From the NCBI GenBank assembly GCA_021792885.1, contig JAJYTV010000001.1:1-32087 (forward strand): a stretch of DNA of 32,087 nucleotides. The letters run 5' to 3'. Numbering within the stretch: the stretch's first letter is position 1; the number at the start of each line of letters is the position of its first letter. Under the pieces are notes generated by a model. It did not search any database, had not been told where the DNA came from, and worked only from the letters and a program-made list of their open reading frames with translations. Source of the DNA: Bacillota bacterium. Lineage in GTDB: Bacteria > Bacillota > Sulfobacillia > JAJZYS01 > JAJYTV01. The position numbers were made by a program, and so were the translations under genes. Positions 15,873 through 26,183 of this stretch are shown here, in pieces.

Positions 15873-17225
15873 TCAGGCGCTCTGGTAGAAGTGCCAGAGC
15901 GCGACCATGCCCTTCGAGAAGTTCTCCAGGGAGAAGTGCTCGTTCGGCGCGTGCAGGTTCTCGTCCGGCAGGCCGAAGCCCATCAGGAGGGTCGGCAGGC
16001 CGAGCAGCCCACGGAACATCGTGACGACGGGGATCGAGCCGCCCATGCGGATCTCGTCCGGGTCCTTGCCGTAGGCCGCGCGCAGGGCGGAGCGGGCCGC
16101 GGCGAGCGCCGGGTGCCCCGGCTCCGCGAGGTAGCCGCCGTCGCCCGCGCCGGTCGCGATCTCGAGCTGGACCCACGCGGGGGCGTGGCGGCGCAGATGC
16201 GTCTCGAGCGCCGCCGCCACCTTGGCCGGGTCCTGGTCGGGGACGAGCCGGCAGGTGATCTTCGCGTGCGCCTCGGACGGGATGACCGTCTTGCGCCCCT
16301 CGCCGAGGAAGCCGGACCACATGCCGTTCACCTCGAGCGTCGGGCGCGTCCAGACGCGCTCGAGCGTCGTGCGTCCGCTTTCGCCGAAGAGGGCGAAGGC
16401 GCCGGACTGCGCGAGGAACTCCTCGTCGGAGAAGCCGAGCCGATCGAACTGGTCGCGCTCTGCCGGCGTCAACTCCCGCACGCCGTCGTAGAAGCCCTCG
16501 ACCGCGACGCTGCCGTCGGGCCGGTGCAGGGTCGCGATCAGGGAGGCGAGTTCGTGGGCCGCGTTCGGCACCGCGCCGCCGAAGAGGCCCGAATGCAGGT
16601 CGTGCTCCGCCGTGCGCAGCGTGAACTCGGCGCCGCACATGCCGCGCAGGCCGACGCAGAGCGCCGGGACGCCCTCGCGCAGCATCGAGGTGTCCGAGAC
16701 GACGACGTAGTCGGCGGCGAGCAGAGCCTTGTGGGATGCGACGAACGGCGCGAGGTTCGCGGAGCCGATCTCCTCCTCGCCCTCGATCAAGAAGCGCAGG
16801 TTCACCTGGAGGTCGCCCTGCGCGATCATGCCCTGGGCGACGAAGAGGTGCATCATCATCTGGCCCTTGTCGTCGGTCGCGCCGCGGGCGTAGATCTTCC
16901 CGTCGCGCACGGTCGGCTCGAAGGGCGGCGTGTCCCAGAGCGCGAGCGGGTCGGGGGGCTGCACGTCGTAGTGGCCGTAGACGAGGACCGTCGGGCGGCC
17001 CGGGGCGTGCAGATGGTCGCCGTAGACGACTGGGTGGCCGCCCGTCTCGTAAAGGTCGACGTGTTCGAGGCCGATCCCGCGCATGAAGTCCGCGAGGTGG
17101 TTTGCCGCGCGGCGCACGTCGGGCGCGCGCTCGGGCTCCGTCGAGACGGACGGGATCGAGAGCAGCGCGAAGAGCGCAGCAAGCTGCTCCTCGCGGTGTG
17201 CGGCGAGGTAGGCTGCAGGGTCCAA
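15873..17225 (-). CDS. M20-family metallopeptidase (dipeptidase type)
   Basis: 450 aa with VLVYGHYDVQPPDPLALWDTPPFEPTVRDGKIYARGATDDKGQ and LIEGEEEIGS. TTG 17225 follows AAGGAGG with a 6-nt spacer. Confidence 0.85.
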   Translation of the reverse strand: MDPAAYLAAHREEQLAALFALLSIPSVSTEPERAPDVRRAANHLADFMRGIGLEHVDLYETGGHPVVYGDHLHAPGRPTVLVYGHYDVQPPDPLALWDTPPFEPTVRDGKIYARGATDDKGQMMMHLFVAQGMIAQGDLQVNLRFLIEGEEEIGSANLAPFVASHKALLAADYVVVSDTSMLREGVPALCVGLRGMCGAEFTLRTAEHDLHSGLFGGAVPNAAHELASLIATLHRPDGSVAVEGFYDGVRELTPAERDQFDRLGFSDEEFLAQSGAFALFGESGRTTLERVWTRPTLEVNGMWSGFLGEGRKTVIPSEAHAKITCRLVPDQDPAKVAAALETHLRRHAPAWVQLEIATGAGDGGYLAEPGHPALAAARSALRAAYGKDPDEIRMGGSIPVVTMFRGLLGLPTLLMGFGLPDENLHAPNEHFSLENFSKGMVALWHFYQSA

Positions 17226-17237
17226 AGGGATTCCTCC

Positions 17238-17693
17238 TTAGATATAGTAGAGCAGTGCCACGATCACGCCGAGCACGGCGCCGGCGACGACCTCCTGCGG
17301 CGTGTGGCCAAGCTGCTCCTTGAACTCGGGGTCGTCGCCGCGCCCGAGGAAGGAGTTCAAAAAGCGCGCCTGCTGACCGACCGCGTAGCGGATGTTCACC
17401 GCGTCGTAGAGCACGATCGTCGAGAAGACGGCGACGACCGCGAAGAGGTCCGAGTGCCATCCGTGCGTGCTGCCGACGGCCGCCGCGAGCGCCGTGACCA
17501 TCGCCGAGTGGGAGCTCGGCATCCCGCCCGAGCTGAACAGGCGCTCGGAGAGAATGGTGCGCGCGCGCACCGAGGACACGATGAACTTGATCACCTGGGC
17601 GGCCGCCATCGCCGTGGCGGCTGTGACCAGCATGCGGTTCTCGTCGGCGACCTGGTGCAGGAAGAAGGCAAGAGCGTGGAATAGCTCGTGCAA
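17238..17693 (-). CDS. Divergent PAP2-family membrane protein (YuiD/DUF212-like)
   Basis: 151 aa with [22 protein letters not shown]...[15 protein letters not shown]...[15 protein letters not shown]. The stop is 12 nt from the M20 gene start, so the two are probably co-transcribed. Confidence 0.8.
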   Translation of the reverse strand: MHELFHALAFFLHQVADENRMLVTAATAMAAAQVIKFIVSSVRARTILSERLFSSGGMPSSHSAMVTALAAAVGSTHGWHSDLFAVVAVFSTIVLYDAVNIRYAVGQQARFLNSFLGRGDDPEFKEQLGHTPQEVVAGAVLGVIVALLYYI

Positions 17694-17855
17694 GGTGTGG
17701 CGGCCCTCCCGGCAGATTGCGTTAGGAAGTTCCCGGCCCCCGGGCGGAACTCCTGCCCTCGGGCGGAGGGCGCTTTTGACGGCTTGAGGGCCCCATGCTA
17801 CCGTAAAGGGACATCATGCCCAGGGCGGCAACGACGGAAGGCGGAGAGCCAAGGC

Positions 17856-19655
17856 TTGAAGGGGCAGCAAGCGATTCGCAACTTCTGCATCATCGCCCAT
17901 ATTGACCACGGCAAGTCGACGCTCGCGGACCGCCTGATCGAAGCGACGGGTACGCTGGCGGCGCGCGAGATGCAAGAGCAGGTGCTCGACTCGATGGACC
18001 TCGAGCGCGAGCGCGGCATCACGATCAAGGCGCAGGCCGTGCGCCTCGACTACGTGCGGGCGGACGGCTCCCGCTACGAGCTGAACCTGATCGACACGCC
18101 GGGCCACGTCGACTTCTCCTACGAGGTCTCGCGCTCGCTCGCGGCCTGCGAGGGGGCGCTGCTCGTGATCGACGCGGCGCAGGGCGTCGAGGCCCAGACG
18201 CTCGCGAACCTCTACCTCGCGCTGGAGCACGACCTCGAGATCATCCCCGTGATCAACAAGATCGACCTGCCGCAGGCCGATCCGGACCGCGTGCGCCGCG
18301 AGCTCGAGCAGATCGGCCTCGACCCGGATTCCGCCGTCCTCGCCTCGGCGAAGGAGGGCACCGGCATCGGGGAGATCCTCGAGGCGGTCGTGGAGCGCGT
18401 CCCGCCGCCCTCAGGGGAGGAGGAGGCGGCGCTGCGGGCGCTGATCTTCGACTCCCACTTCGATTCCTACCGCGGCGTCGTGTGCCACGTGCGCGTCGTC
18501 GAGGGCGCGCTGCGGCTCGGCGGGCGCATCCGCCTGATGGCGACGGGGGCCGCCTACGAGGTGACGGACCTCGGCACCTTCCGGCCCGCACCGACGGCGG
18601 CCGACCGGCTCGCGACGGGGGAGGTCGGCTATTTCGCCGCGGCGATCAAGAACGTGCGCGACGCGCGCGTCGGCGATACGGTGACGAGCGCGGAGCGCGG
18701 CGCCGGCGAGCCCCTGCCGGGCTACCGGCCCGCCGTCCCGATGGTCTTCGCGGGCCTCTACCCGAGCGAGCCGAGCAAGTACGACCTCCTGCGCGAGGCG
18801 CTCGAGCGCCTGCAGCTCAACGACGCGGCGCTCTCCTTCGAGCCCGAGACCTCAGGAGCCCTCGGCTTCGGCTTCCGCTGCGGCTTCCTCGGGCTCCTGC
18901 ACCTCGAGATCGTGCAGGAGCGCCTCGAGCGCGAGTACGACATCGACCTCGTCGTGACGGCGCCGAGCGTCGTCTACACGGTGCACTACCAGGGCGGGGC
19001 GGTCGAGCGGATCGAGAACCCCGCCGCCCTGCGCCCCGAGCGCGGCATCGAGGCGATCGAGGAGCCCTACGTCGAGGCGACGGTGATCGCGCCGACGAGC
19101 TTCGTCGGGCCGGTGATGGAGCTTTGCCAGGAACGCAGGGGCCAGTTCAAGACGATCGACTACCCCTCGCCGGACCGCGCCGTGCTGAGCTACCTCCTGC
19201 CGCTCGGGGAGATCATGTACGACTTCTTCGACCAGCTGAAGTCGCGCACGCGGGGCTACGCCTCGCTCGACTACCAGCTGGCCGGCGACCGCCCGGGCGA
19301 TCTCGTGCGGGTCGACGTGCTCTTGAACGGAGAGGCGGTCGACGCGCTCTCCTTCATCGTGCACCGCGACGAGGCCCCCTCCCAGGGCCGCGCCGTCTGC
19401 GAGAAGCTGCGCGAGGTGATCCCGCGCCAGCTCTTCGACGTGCCGGTGCAGGCCGCCGTCGGCGGCCGCGTCCTCGCGCGCGAGACGATCCGGGCGCTGC
19501 GCAAGGACGTCCTCGCGAAGTGCTACGGCGGGGACATCACGCGCAAGCGCAAGCTCCTCGAGAAGCAGAAGGAAGGCAAGAAGCGGATGCGCCGCCTCGG
19601 CCAGGTGGAGGTGCCGCAGGAGGCGTTCATGGCCGTCCTGCGCCGCGGTGACTGA
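17856..19655 (+). CDS. lepA: Elongation factor 4 (translational GTPase LepA)
   Basis: TTG 17856 gives 599 aa beginning [29 protein letters not shown]. Also [13 protein letters not shown], and a C-terminal LepA-type tail [16 protein letters not shown]. Confidence 0.95.
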   Translation: MKGQQAIRNFCIIAHIDHGKSTLADRLIEATGTLAAREMQEQVLDSMDLERERGITIKAQAVRLDYVRADGSRYELNLIDTPGHVDFSYEVSRSLAACEGALLVIDAAQGVEAQTLANLYLALEHDLEIIPVINKIDLPQADPDRVRRELEQIGLDPDSAVLASAKEGTGIGEILEAVVERVPPPSGEEEAALRALIFDSHFDSYRGVVCHVRVVEGALRLGGRIRLMATGAAYEVTDLGTFRPAPTAADRLATGEVGYFAAAIKNVRDARVGDTVTSAERGAGEPLPGYRPAVPMVFAGLYPSEPSKYDLLREALERLQLNDAALSFEPETSGALGFGFRCGFLGLLHLEIVQERLEREYDIDLVVTAPSVVYTVHYQGGAVERIENPAALRPERGIEAIEEPYVEATVIAPTSFVGPVMELCQERRGQFKTIDYPSPDRAVLSYLLPLGEIMYDFFDQLKSRTRGYASLDYQLAGDRPGDLVRVDVLLNGEAVDALSFIVHRDEAPSQGRAVCEKLREVIPRQLFDVPVQAAVGGRVLARETIRALRKDVLAKCYGGDITRKRKLLEKQKEGKKRMRRLGQVEVPQEAFMAVLRRGD

Positions 19656-20793
19656 ACTTTTGGGCGCCTACGTCCACCTGCCGTACTGTCCCTACAAGTG
19701 CCACTACTGCGACTTCAACGCCTACCGCCTGCCGCGGGCGGAGGGCGCACGGGCCGAGATGGCCCGGGCGATCGCGCGGGAGATCGAGGCCGCGCCCGGC
19801 AAGGACCGCCAGGGGCGCATCGCCTCGATCTTCTTCGGCGGCGGCACGCCGAGCCTCTTCTCGCCGCAGGAGATCGCACGGATCCTCGCGGCGCTCAGGG
19901 AGCGCTACGAGGTCGCGCGCGGCGCGGAGGTGACGCTCGAGTGCAACCCGGGAACGCTCGACCCCGCGTCCCTGCAGGGGCTGCGCGCGGCCGGCGTGAA
20001 CCGCCTCTCGATCGGTGCCCAGAGCTTCTCGCAGGAGACGCTACGGCGCCTCGGGCGCCTGCACACGCCTGAGGAGACGCGGCAGGCCGTGCGCATGGCG
20101 CGCGCCGCGGGCTTTGCGAACCTCTCCCTCGACGTGATCTACGGTCTTCCCGGGGAGACGCCCGAGGACGCGCTCAAAAGCGCGCAGGAGGCGCTCGCTC
20201 TGGGGATCGAGCACCTCTCGGCCTACGCCCTCGAACTCGAGGAGAAGACGCTCTTCGGCGCCCTCGCGGCGCGGGGGGAGCTGCCGCTGCCGCCGGAGGA
20301 GGAGGTCGTGCGCGCGGGCGACCTGATCGAGGGCGCCTGCGCGCAGGCAGGACTCACGCGCTACGAGGTGTCGAACTTCGCGCGCCCCGGCCGCCAGAGC
20401 CGGCACAACATGCTCTACTGGCTGCAGGGATCCTACCGCGGCTTCGGCCCCGGCGCCCACTCGCACCTCTTCGGGCGGCGCTTTTGGAACGTCTCGGCGC
20501 CGGGGGAGTACCTGCGGCGCACGGCTGGGGGCGGCGAGGCGGTCGAGGGGGAGGAGACGCTCTCGCCGCAGGCGCGGATGGGCGAGTGGGTCTACCTGCG
20601 ATTGCGCCTCGCGGAAGGCTTCTCGCTCGCGGCGTTCGCGCGCCGCTTCGGCCGCCCGCTCGACGCGGCCTACCCCGGCGTGCGCGAGGCGCTCCTGCGC
20701 GACGGGCTGCTCGCCCGCGAGAGGGGCTGGGTGCGCCCGACGCCGCGCGGGCGCTGGCTCCTGCACCGCGTCGCGGCGCCCTTCCTCGCTTGA
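19648..20793 (+). CDS. hemW: Radical SAM heme chaperone HemW (HemN-like)
   Basis: [19 protein letters not shown] is the CxxxCxxC radical-SAM motif. Also IFFGGGTPS and HLSAYAL. The GTG start overlaps the lepA stop by 8 nt. Confidence 0.9.
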   Translation: MTELLGAYVHLPYCPYKCHYCDFNAYRLPRAEGARAEMARAIAREIEAAPGKDRQGRIASIFFGGGTPSLFSPQEIARILAALRERYEVARGAEVTLECNPGTLDPASLQGLRAAGVNRLSIGAQSFSQETLRRLGRLHTPEETRQAVRMARAAGFANLSLDVIYGLPGETPEDALKSAQEALALGIEHLSAYALELEEKTLFGALAARGELPLPPEEEVVRAGDLIEGACAQAGLTRYEVSNFARPGRQSRHNMLYWLQGSYRGFGPGAHSHLFGRRFWNVSAPGEYLRRTAGGGEAVEGEETLSPQARMGEWVYLRLRLAEGFSLAAFARRFGRPLDAAYPGVREALLRDGLLARERGWVRPTPRGRWLLHRVAAPFLA

Positions 20794-20819
20794 CAGCCGT
20801 TTTGCTTGCATGCTAGGGT
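20790..20819 (+). promoter_or_regulatory. Putative sigma-A-type promoter of the hrcA operon
   Basis: TTGACA (20790-20795), 18 nt, TAGGGT (20814-20819). It lies immediately upstream of the CIRCE element and overlaps the hemW stop codon. Confidence 0.5.
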
Positions 20820-20824
20820 CAATG

Positions 20825-20850
20825 TAGCACTCGTCTATGCTGAGTGCTAA
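20825..20850 (+). promoter_or_regulatory. CIRCE operator (HrcA binding site)
   Basis: TAGCACTC-gtctatgct-GAGTGCTAA matches the consensus TTAGCACTC-N9-GAGTGCTAA in 17 of 18 repeat positions. Confidence 0.85.
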
Positions 20851-20863
20851 GGGGGCGCTGCAG

Positions 20864-21874
20864 GTGTTGCTCGACGAGCGCAAACGGCAGGTGCTTCGCG
20901 CGATCGTCGAAGACTACGTCGCCTCGGCGGAGCCGATCGGCTCGCGCACGCTCGCCCGCACGCACAACCTCGGCGTGAGTTCGGCGACCATCCGCAACGA
21001 GATGGCCGATCTCGAGGCCCTGGGGCTGCTCGACAAGCCCCATACGTCGGCCGGACGCGTGCCGTCCGACCGTGGCTACCGCCTCTACGTCGACCGGCTG
21101 ATGCAGCCGACGCCGCTGACGGAGCAGGACGTCGTGCAGGTGCAGGGTCTGTACCTCAGCCGCGTGCGGGAGATCGAGTACCTGATCGCGCAGACGATGC
21201 GGCTTTTGAGCCATGCGGGGGACTTCATGACGCTCGCGGTCGGGCCGGAGATGCAGCGGGCCGTGCTCAAGCGGATCGAGGCGCTGCCGGCCGACGAGGG
21301 GCGCATGGCCCTCGTGCTCGTGACCGACTACTACGTGCAGCACCGCATGATCGAAGTGCCGCAGGGATCGGATCCGGAGAGCCTGCGGCGCACGCTGCAG
21401 GAGCTCTCGGAGCGCCTGCGCGGCCTCACGGTGGAGAAGATCAACCGCTCGCTGCTGGAGACGGTGGCGCGCGAGTTGAACGGCCGGATCTATGACGAGC
21501 TGATCCAGTTCCTCGAGGACTGCCTCACGCCGACCGACGCGGACCGGCTGCGCATCGCCGGCACGTCCCACTTCCTGAGCCAGCCGGAGTTCCGCGAGGC
21601 AGAGCGCATCCGGGCGGCGATCCAGCTCATCGAGCAGCAGTCGACGCTCGGGGAGCTCCTGCGCAACGGCGCGGGCGAGGGCGTACAGGTCCGCATCGGC
21701 CAGGAGAACCCGCTGCCGCTCGCGCATGACCTCTCGATCGTGACGCTCGGGGTCGCGCGCGGCGGCGAGATCGTCGCCCGGTTCGGACTCGTGGGACCCA
21801 AGCGCATGGACTACGCACGGGCGCTCGCGCTCGCGCAGGAGGTCTGGCAGGCGCTCGACGAGGCGATCAACTGA
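20864..21874 (+). CDS. hrcA: Heat-inducible transcription repressor HrcA
   Basis: LLDERKRQVLRAIVEDYVASAEPIGSRTLARTHNLGVSSATIRNEMADLEALGLLDKPHTSAGRVPSDRGYRLYVD. I chose GTG 20864, 8 nt after AAGGGGG. The track ATG at 20837 lies inside the CIRCE spacer. Confidence 0.9.
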   Translation: MLLDERKRQVLRAIVEDYVASAEPIGSRTLARTHNLGVSSATIRNEMADLEALGLLDKPHTSAGRVPSDRGYRLYVDRLMQPTPLTEQDVVQVQGLYLSRVREIEYLIAQTMRLLSHAGDFMTLAVGPEMQRAVLKRIEALPADEGRMALVLVTDYYVQHRMIEVPQGSDPESLRRTLQELSERLRGLTVEKINRSLLETVARELNGRIYDELIQFLEDCLTPTDADRLRIAGTSHFLSQPEFREAERIRAAIQLIEQQSTLGELLRNGAGEGVQVRIGQENPLPLAHDLSIVTLGVARGGEIVARFGLVGPKRMDYARALALAQEVWQALDEAIN

Positions 21875-21887
21875 GGGCGCCCGGCGG

Positions 21888-22436
21888 ATGGCGCCGGGCG
21901 CCGGCTTGGAGGGAACCGACCTGAGCGAGAAGAGCCGCCCGGAGGAAGAGGCGCAGGACGAGGAACTGCGCGAAGGGCCCGCCGAGGAGGCGGGCGGCGC
22001 TGCGGGCCCCGAGGGGCGCATCGCCGAGCTCGAGCAGCAGAACCTGCGCCTGCTCGCGGATTTCGAGAACTTCCGGCGCCGGCAGGTGCGCGCGGAGCAG
22101 GAACTGCGCGCGCGCGTGCGCGAGGAGGCCGTCTCGGCGCTCCTGCCGCTCGCCGACGACCTCGAGCGCGCGCTGGCGGCCGCATCCGAGGACGACCCGC
22201 TGCGCACCGGCGTCGCGCTCGTGGAGCGCTCGCTGCAGTCCGTGCTCGCGCGCTTCGGCGCGCAGCCGATCGAAGCCCAGGGCCAGCCGTTCGACCCGGC
22301 GCTGCACGAGGCGGTCGCCGAGGACGAGAGCGACCTGCCTCCCGGCACCGTGACGGCTCAGCTGCGCCGCGGCTACCGCGTCGACGAGCGCGTCGTGCGT
22401 CCGGCGATGGTGCGGGTCGCGAAGGCCCGAGAGTGA
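21888..22436 (+). CDS. grpE: Nucleotide exchange factor GrpE
   Basis: [20 protein letters not shown]...[12 protein letters not shown]...[10 protein letters not shown]...[18 protein letters not shown]. Confidence 0.9.
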   Translation: MAPGAGLEGTDLSEKSRPEEEAQDEELREGPAEEAGGAAGPEGRIAELEQQNLRLLADFENFRRRQVRAEQELRARVREEAVSALLPLADDLERALAAASEDDPLRTGVALVERSLQSVLARFGAQPIEAQGQPFDPALHEAVAEDESDLPPGTVTAQLRRGYRVDERVVRPAMVRVAKARE

Positions 22437-22446
22437 GGCGCGGCTG

Positions 22447-23574
22447 ATGGCGAAGGACTACTACGAGGTGCTCGGCGTCCCGCGGGGGGCGTCCGAAGAA
22501 GAGATCAAGAAGGCCTTCCGCCAGCTCGCGCGGACCCACCACCCGGACCGCAACCCCGGCGACAAGGAGGCGGAGGAGCGCTTCAAGGAGATCGGCGAGG
22601 CGTACTCCGTCCTCTCGGATCCCGAGAAGCGCGCGCGCTACGACCAGTTCGGCTCGGCGGACGGGCCAGGTCCCGGCGCGGGCGGCTTCTCCGGCGGGTT
22701 CGGCGGCGGCGGCAGCCCCTTCGGCGACATCGGCGACATCTTCGACGCCTTCTTCGGCGGCGGCGCGGGCGGGCAGCGCCGCAGCGGCCCGGCGCGCGGC
22801 GAGGACCTGCGCGTCGACATGGAGCTGTCGCTCGAGGAATGCTTCCACGGCGTCGAACGCGAGGTGCGCCTGACGCGCCAGGAGAACTGTGCCGACTGCC
22901 AGGGCACCGGCGGCCGCAACGGCGAGAAGCCCGCGCGCTGCGCGCGCTGCGGCGGCACCGGCCAGGTGCAGCAGGCGCGCGACACGGCCTTCGGGCGGTT
23001 CGTCACCGCGCGGCCCTGCCCGGTCTGCCACGGCGCGGGGCAGACGGTGAAGGACCCGTGCCCGACCTGCCACGGCAGCGGGCGGCAGCGCCGCGCCCGC
23101 AGCCTCAAGGTGCGCATCCCGCCAGGCGTCGGGGACGGCGCACGGGTGCGCCTCTCCGGCGAGGGCGAGCCCGGCCAGCGGGGCGGCCCGGCCGGCGACC
23201 TCTACGTCTTTGTGCGCGAACACCCGCACGAGCGCTTCGTGCGCGAGGGCTCCGACCTGCACGTGGAGCTCTCGATCGGCTTCCCGGAGGCGGCGCTCGG
23301 CGACGAGTTCGACCTGCAGGGGATCGACGGGCAGGTCAAGGTGAAGGTGCCGGAGGGGACGCAGGCGGGACAGGAAATCCACCTGCGCGGCCGCGGCATG
23401 CCGCACCTGCGCGGCGGCGGGCGGGGCGACCTCGTCGTGCATGTCGCGCTCAAGGTTCCGCGCAGGCTCTCTTCGGAGGAGCGCGATCTCCTGCAGCGGC
23501 TGAAGGAAGTGCGAAACCGGGGTGGCGACGGTGACAAGGGCTTCTTCGGACGGGTCAAGGACGCGTTCCGCTGA
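22447..23574 (+). CDS. dnaJ: Molecular chaperone DnaJ
   Basis: J-domain [39 protein letters not shown], a Gly-rich linker, and four CxxCxGxG zinc-finger repeats ([32 protein letters not shown]). Confidence 0.95.
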   Translation: MAKDYYEVLGVPRGASEEEIKKAFRQLARTHHPDRNPGDKEAEERFKEIGEAYSVLSDPEKRARYDQFGSADGPGPGAGGFSGGFGGGGSPFGDIGDIFDAFFGGGAGGQRRSGPARGEDLRVDMELSLEECFHGVEREVRLTRQENCADCQGTGGRNGEKPARCARCGGTGQVQQARDTAFGRFVTARPCPVCHGAGQTVKDPCPTCHGSGRQRRARSLKVRIPPGVGDGARVRLSGEGEPGQRGGPAGDLYVFVREHPHERFVREGSDLHVELSIGFPEAALGDEFDLQGIDGQVKVKVPEGTQAGQEIHLRGRGMPHLRGGGRGDLVVHVALKVPRRLSSEERDLLQRLKEVRNRGGDGDKGFFGRVKDAFR

Positions 23575-24463
23575 CCTGCGGCTCGAGGTCTCGTGCGCGC
23601 CGGAGGCGGTCGAGGCCGTCGCCGAGATCCTGCGCGAGCAGGGGGCGCCGGGCGTCGCGATCGATGGGCTCACCTGGGCCGTCGACGGCGACGACGTGCG
23701 CCCCCTGCCGCAGCGCTCGGGCCCCGCGCGGGTCTTCTCGGTCGTGCCGGGGCAGGGAGCGGCGGAGATGCTGCGGGCGGTCGAGGAGGCACTCGCACGC
23801 CGCGTCGCGCCCTTCTTCGGCGCGGCGCAGGCGTCGCTCGCGGAGCTGCCCACCGAGGACTGGGTCGCGCACTACCGGAGGAGCGTGACCCCGGTGCTCG
23901 TCGCACCGGGGCTCGTCGTCGCGCCGCCCTGGGCCGAGGCCAGCGATGCGGCCCGGGGCGGCGAGCGCATCCTCTGGATCGAGCCGGGCGCCGCGTTCGG
24001 AACGGGCGACCACGCATCGACCCGCACGACCCTGCGCGCCGGCCTTTCGGCGTTGCGGGCGGGCGACGACGTGATCGACCTCGGCTGCGGCACCGGCATC
24101 CTCGGCGCGGCGGCGCTCTTGTTCGGGGCGGGCCGGCTGCGTGCCTACGACCTCGACCCGATGGCCGTTCAGGCGACGCGCGAGACCTTGCGCCGCAACG
24201 CACTTGGGGCGCACGTGCGCAAAGGCCCCTTGCCGCGGCGGGCGAGGCCGGCCGATCTCCTCTTCGCGAACCTGAGCGGCACGGTGCTGCGCCCGCTGCT
24301 CGGCCAGCTGCGGGGGGCGGTGCGCACGGGCGGCCACGCCGCGCTCGGCGGGGTGCTGCGCGAGGACCCGGGCTTCCTCGATGACTGCCGCGCCGCGGGC
24401 TTCAGGGTGGAGCGCACGGAGGTCGAGGGCGACTTCCAGGCGATCTTGTGCCGGCGGCCCTAG
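23522..24463 (+). CDS. prmA: Ribosomal protein L11 methyltransferase
   Basis: [24 protein letters not shown]...[19 protein letters not shown]...[15 protein letters not shown]. The start is uncertain: GTG 23522 or GTG 23531. Both overlap the dnaJ 3' end. Confidence 0.85.
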   Translation: MATVTRASSDGSRTRSADLRLEVSCAPEAVEAVAEILREQGAPGVAIDGLTWAVDGDDVRPLPQRSGPARVFSVVPGQGAAEMLRAVEEALARRVAPFFGAAQASLAELPTEDWVAHYRRSVTPVLVAPGLVVAPPWAEASDAARGGERILWIEPGAAFGTGDHASTRTTLRAGLSALRAGDDVIDLGCGTGILGAAALLFGAGRLRAYDLDPMAVQATRETLRRNALGAHVRKGPLPRRARPADLLFANLSGTVLRPLLGQLRGAVRTGGHAALGGVLREDPGFLDDCRAAGFRVERTEVEGDFQAILCRRP

Positions 24464-24500
24464 GAATGGCTCCTGGGGCGCCCGAATAGAAAGGGCGGGG

Positions 24501-25547
24501 GTGGCGTTCTTGTCGCGCATTCGCGTCGCGGTCGTGTTCGGCGGGCAGTCCGCGGAGCACAGCGTCTCGCTGCAGTCGGCGCGGTTCGTGCTGTCGGCGC
24601 TGGATCCTTCCCGCTTCGAGGTCGTTCCGGTCGGCATCACCTCCGAAGGGCGCTTCCTCGTCGGCGGAGATCCGCTGAGGGCCCTCTCGGGCGAGGGGGG
24701 CGCCTCCGCCTCGACCGAGCTCGCCGTGCCGCAGGCGGCAGCGGAGGTGGCGGGCGTCGACGTCGTCTTCCCGGTGCTGCACGGGCCGCACGGGGAGGAC
24801 GGGACGCTGCAGGGCTTCCTTGAGCTGGCGGGCGTGCCGTATGTCGGCGCGGGCGTGCTCGGGTCGGCCGTGGGGATGGACAAGGCCGTGATGAAGATGG
24901 TGTTCGCCCAGGCCGGCCTCCCGATCGTGCCGTACCGCCTCCTCCTGCGCAGCGAGCTCGGCGACGACAACGAGGTCGCGCGTCGGCTCGAGGGCCTGCG
25001 CTACCCACTCTTCGTCAAGCCCGCGAACATGGGCTCGTCGGTCGGCATCTCGCGCGCCAAAGGGCCCGAGGAGCTCGGCGCGGCGCTCTTCGCGGCGGCG
25101 CGGCACGACCGGCGCATCGTCGTCGAGCAGGGGATCGACGCGCGCGAGATCGAGTGCGGCGTGCTCGGCAACGACCACCCGGAGGCGTCGGTGGTCGGCG
25201 AGGTGCTCTCTTCGAGCGAATTCTACGATTTTCAGGCGAAATACGACGGCTCGTCGGGCCTCGACATCCCGGCCAAGGTGCCGGCGGCGGCCGCGGAGGA
25301 AATGCGCGGCTACGCCGTGCGCGCCTTCCAGTCGATCGACGCGGCGGGCATGGCGCGCGTCGACTTCTTCCTCGAGCGCGGCACGGACCGCGTCTACGTG
25401 AACGAGATCAACACGATCCCGGGCTTCACGCGCTTTTCGATGTTCCCGTTGCTCTGGCAGGCCACGGGAGTGCCTTTCGACGCGCTCTGCGCCCGGCTCG
25501 TGGACCTCGCACTGGCGCGGGCCGCCGAGAGGAATCCGCGCGCCTAG
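24501..25547 (+). CDS. ddl: D-alanine--D-alanine ligase
   Basis: RIRVAVVFGGQSAEHSVSLQSARFV...FPVLHGPHGEDGTLQGFLELAGVPYVG...LFVKPANMGSSVGISRA...YVNEINTIPGFT. Start is GTG 24501 or TTG 24510. Confidence 0.9.
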   Translation: MAFLSRIRVAVVFGGQSAEHSVSLQSARFVLSALDPSRFEVVPVGITSEGRFLVGGDPLRALSGEGGASASTELAVPQAAAEVAGVDVVFPVLHGPHGEDGTLQGFLELAGVPYVGAGVLGSAVGMDKAVMKMVFAQAGLPIVPYRLLLRSELGDDNEVARRLEGLRYPLFVKPANMGSSVGISRAKGPEELGAALFAAARHDRRIVVEQGIDAREIECGVLGNDHPEASVVGEVLSSSEFYDFQAKYDGSSGLDIPAKVPAAAAEEMRGYAVRAFQSIDAAGMARVDFFLERGTDRVYVNEINTIPGFTRFSMFPLLWQATGVPFDALCARLVDLALARAAERNPRA

Positions 25548-25577
25548 GCAGAATCGCCCCCTTTGAGGGGTGGGGCG

Positions 25578-25919
25578 ATGGACTGCGTTTTCTGCGGCAT
25601 CGCGAACGGAACCGTTCCTGCGAGGCTCCTGCACGAGGGCGAGCGCGTCTTGGCGTTTGCGGACCTGAACCCGCAGGCCCCGACGCACATCCTGATCATC
25701 CCGCGCGCGCATTACGCGTCGATCCAGGACGTCCCCGCCGCCGAGTTCGGCATCATTGGCGAACTGACGGCAGTTGCGCAGGATTTGGCCCGCGCGCGTG
25801 GAATATGGCCAGCAGGGTATCGACTGGTCGTCAACGCAGGACCGGACGGGGGGCAGACGGTCGGTCACCTGCACGTTCACCTGCTCGCCGGCCGCCAGAT
25901 GACTTGGCCGCCAGGCTAG
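25578..25919 (+). CDS. HIT-family (histidine triad) nucleotide-binding protein
   Basis: ATG 25578 follows GAGGGGTGGGG. MDCVFCGIANG...LNPQAPTHILIIPRAH...GQTVGHLHVHLLAG contains the HxHxHxx triad. Confidence 0.85.
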   Translation: MDCVFCGIANGTVPARLLHEGERVLAFADLNPQAPTHILIIPRAHYASIQDVPAAEFGIIGELTAVAQDLARARGIWPAGYRLVVNAGPDGGQTVGHLHVHLLAGRQMTWPPG

Positions 25920-25923
25920 TTCA

Positions 25924-25952
25924 TTGACGGCCAAAGGTTCTGTGCGTATACT
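25924..25952 (+). promoter_or_regulatory. Putative sigma-A promoter of rpsU-yqeY
   Basis: TTGACG (25924-25929), 17 nt, TATACT (25947-25952), about 40 nt upstream of the rpsU start. Confidence 0.55.
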
Positions 25953-25992
25953 CGGATAGATTTAGCGTCGGCGCGAGGGGAGGTTTGGCTCC

Positions 25993-26169
25993 ATGTCCGA
26001 AGTCAAGGTCGGCAAGAACGAGACGTTGGAACAAGCCCTTCGCCGCTTCAAGCGCCAATGCCAGCGTGCCGGCGTACTCTCCGAGGTGCGCAGGCGGGAA
26101 CACTACGACAAGCCCAGCGTCCGCCGCAAGAAGAAGTCGGAGGCCGCGCGCAAGCGCCGTCACGGCTAG
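25993..26169 (+). CDS. rpsU: 30S ribosomal protein S21
   Basis: Absent from the ORF track because it is only 58 aa. My translation is [65 protein letters not shown] lies 9 nt upstream of the ATG. Confidence 0.9.
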   Translation: MSEVKVGKNETLEQALRRFKRQCQRAGVLSEVRRREHYDKPSVRRKKKSEAARKRRHG

Positions 26170-26183
26170 GAGGTTCCGAAGCG

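Noticed and set aside
12617-16024. 1135-aa ORF, the longest in the track
   Set aside because: It runs through rpsT (opposite strand), the ABC relic, spoIIP (different frame), trxA and the 3' end of the M20 gene. It is Arg/Ala/Pro/Gly-rich and low in complexity. This is a high-GC shadow frame that only locally coincides with real or relic coding frames.
17776-17804. Possible lepA promoter, TTGACG-N17-TACCGT
   Set aside because: The -10 matches only the TAnnnT skeleton, and it lies in a region shared with the divergent PAP2 gene. Plausible, but not strong enough to list as a feature.
20837-20863. ATG 20837 as the hrcA start
   Set aside because: The ATG lies within the 9-nt spacer of the CIRCE operator and has no ribosome-binding site. 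GTG 20864 has AAGGGGG at the right distance and gives a typical HrcA N-terminus.
20819-23853. Minus-strand ORFs of 509 aa (20819-22348) and 680 aa (21811-23853)
   Set aside because: They are antisense to the unambiguous hrcA, grpE and dnaJ genes, and their translations are low-complexity Arg/Ala/Pro.
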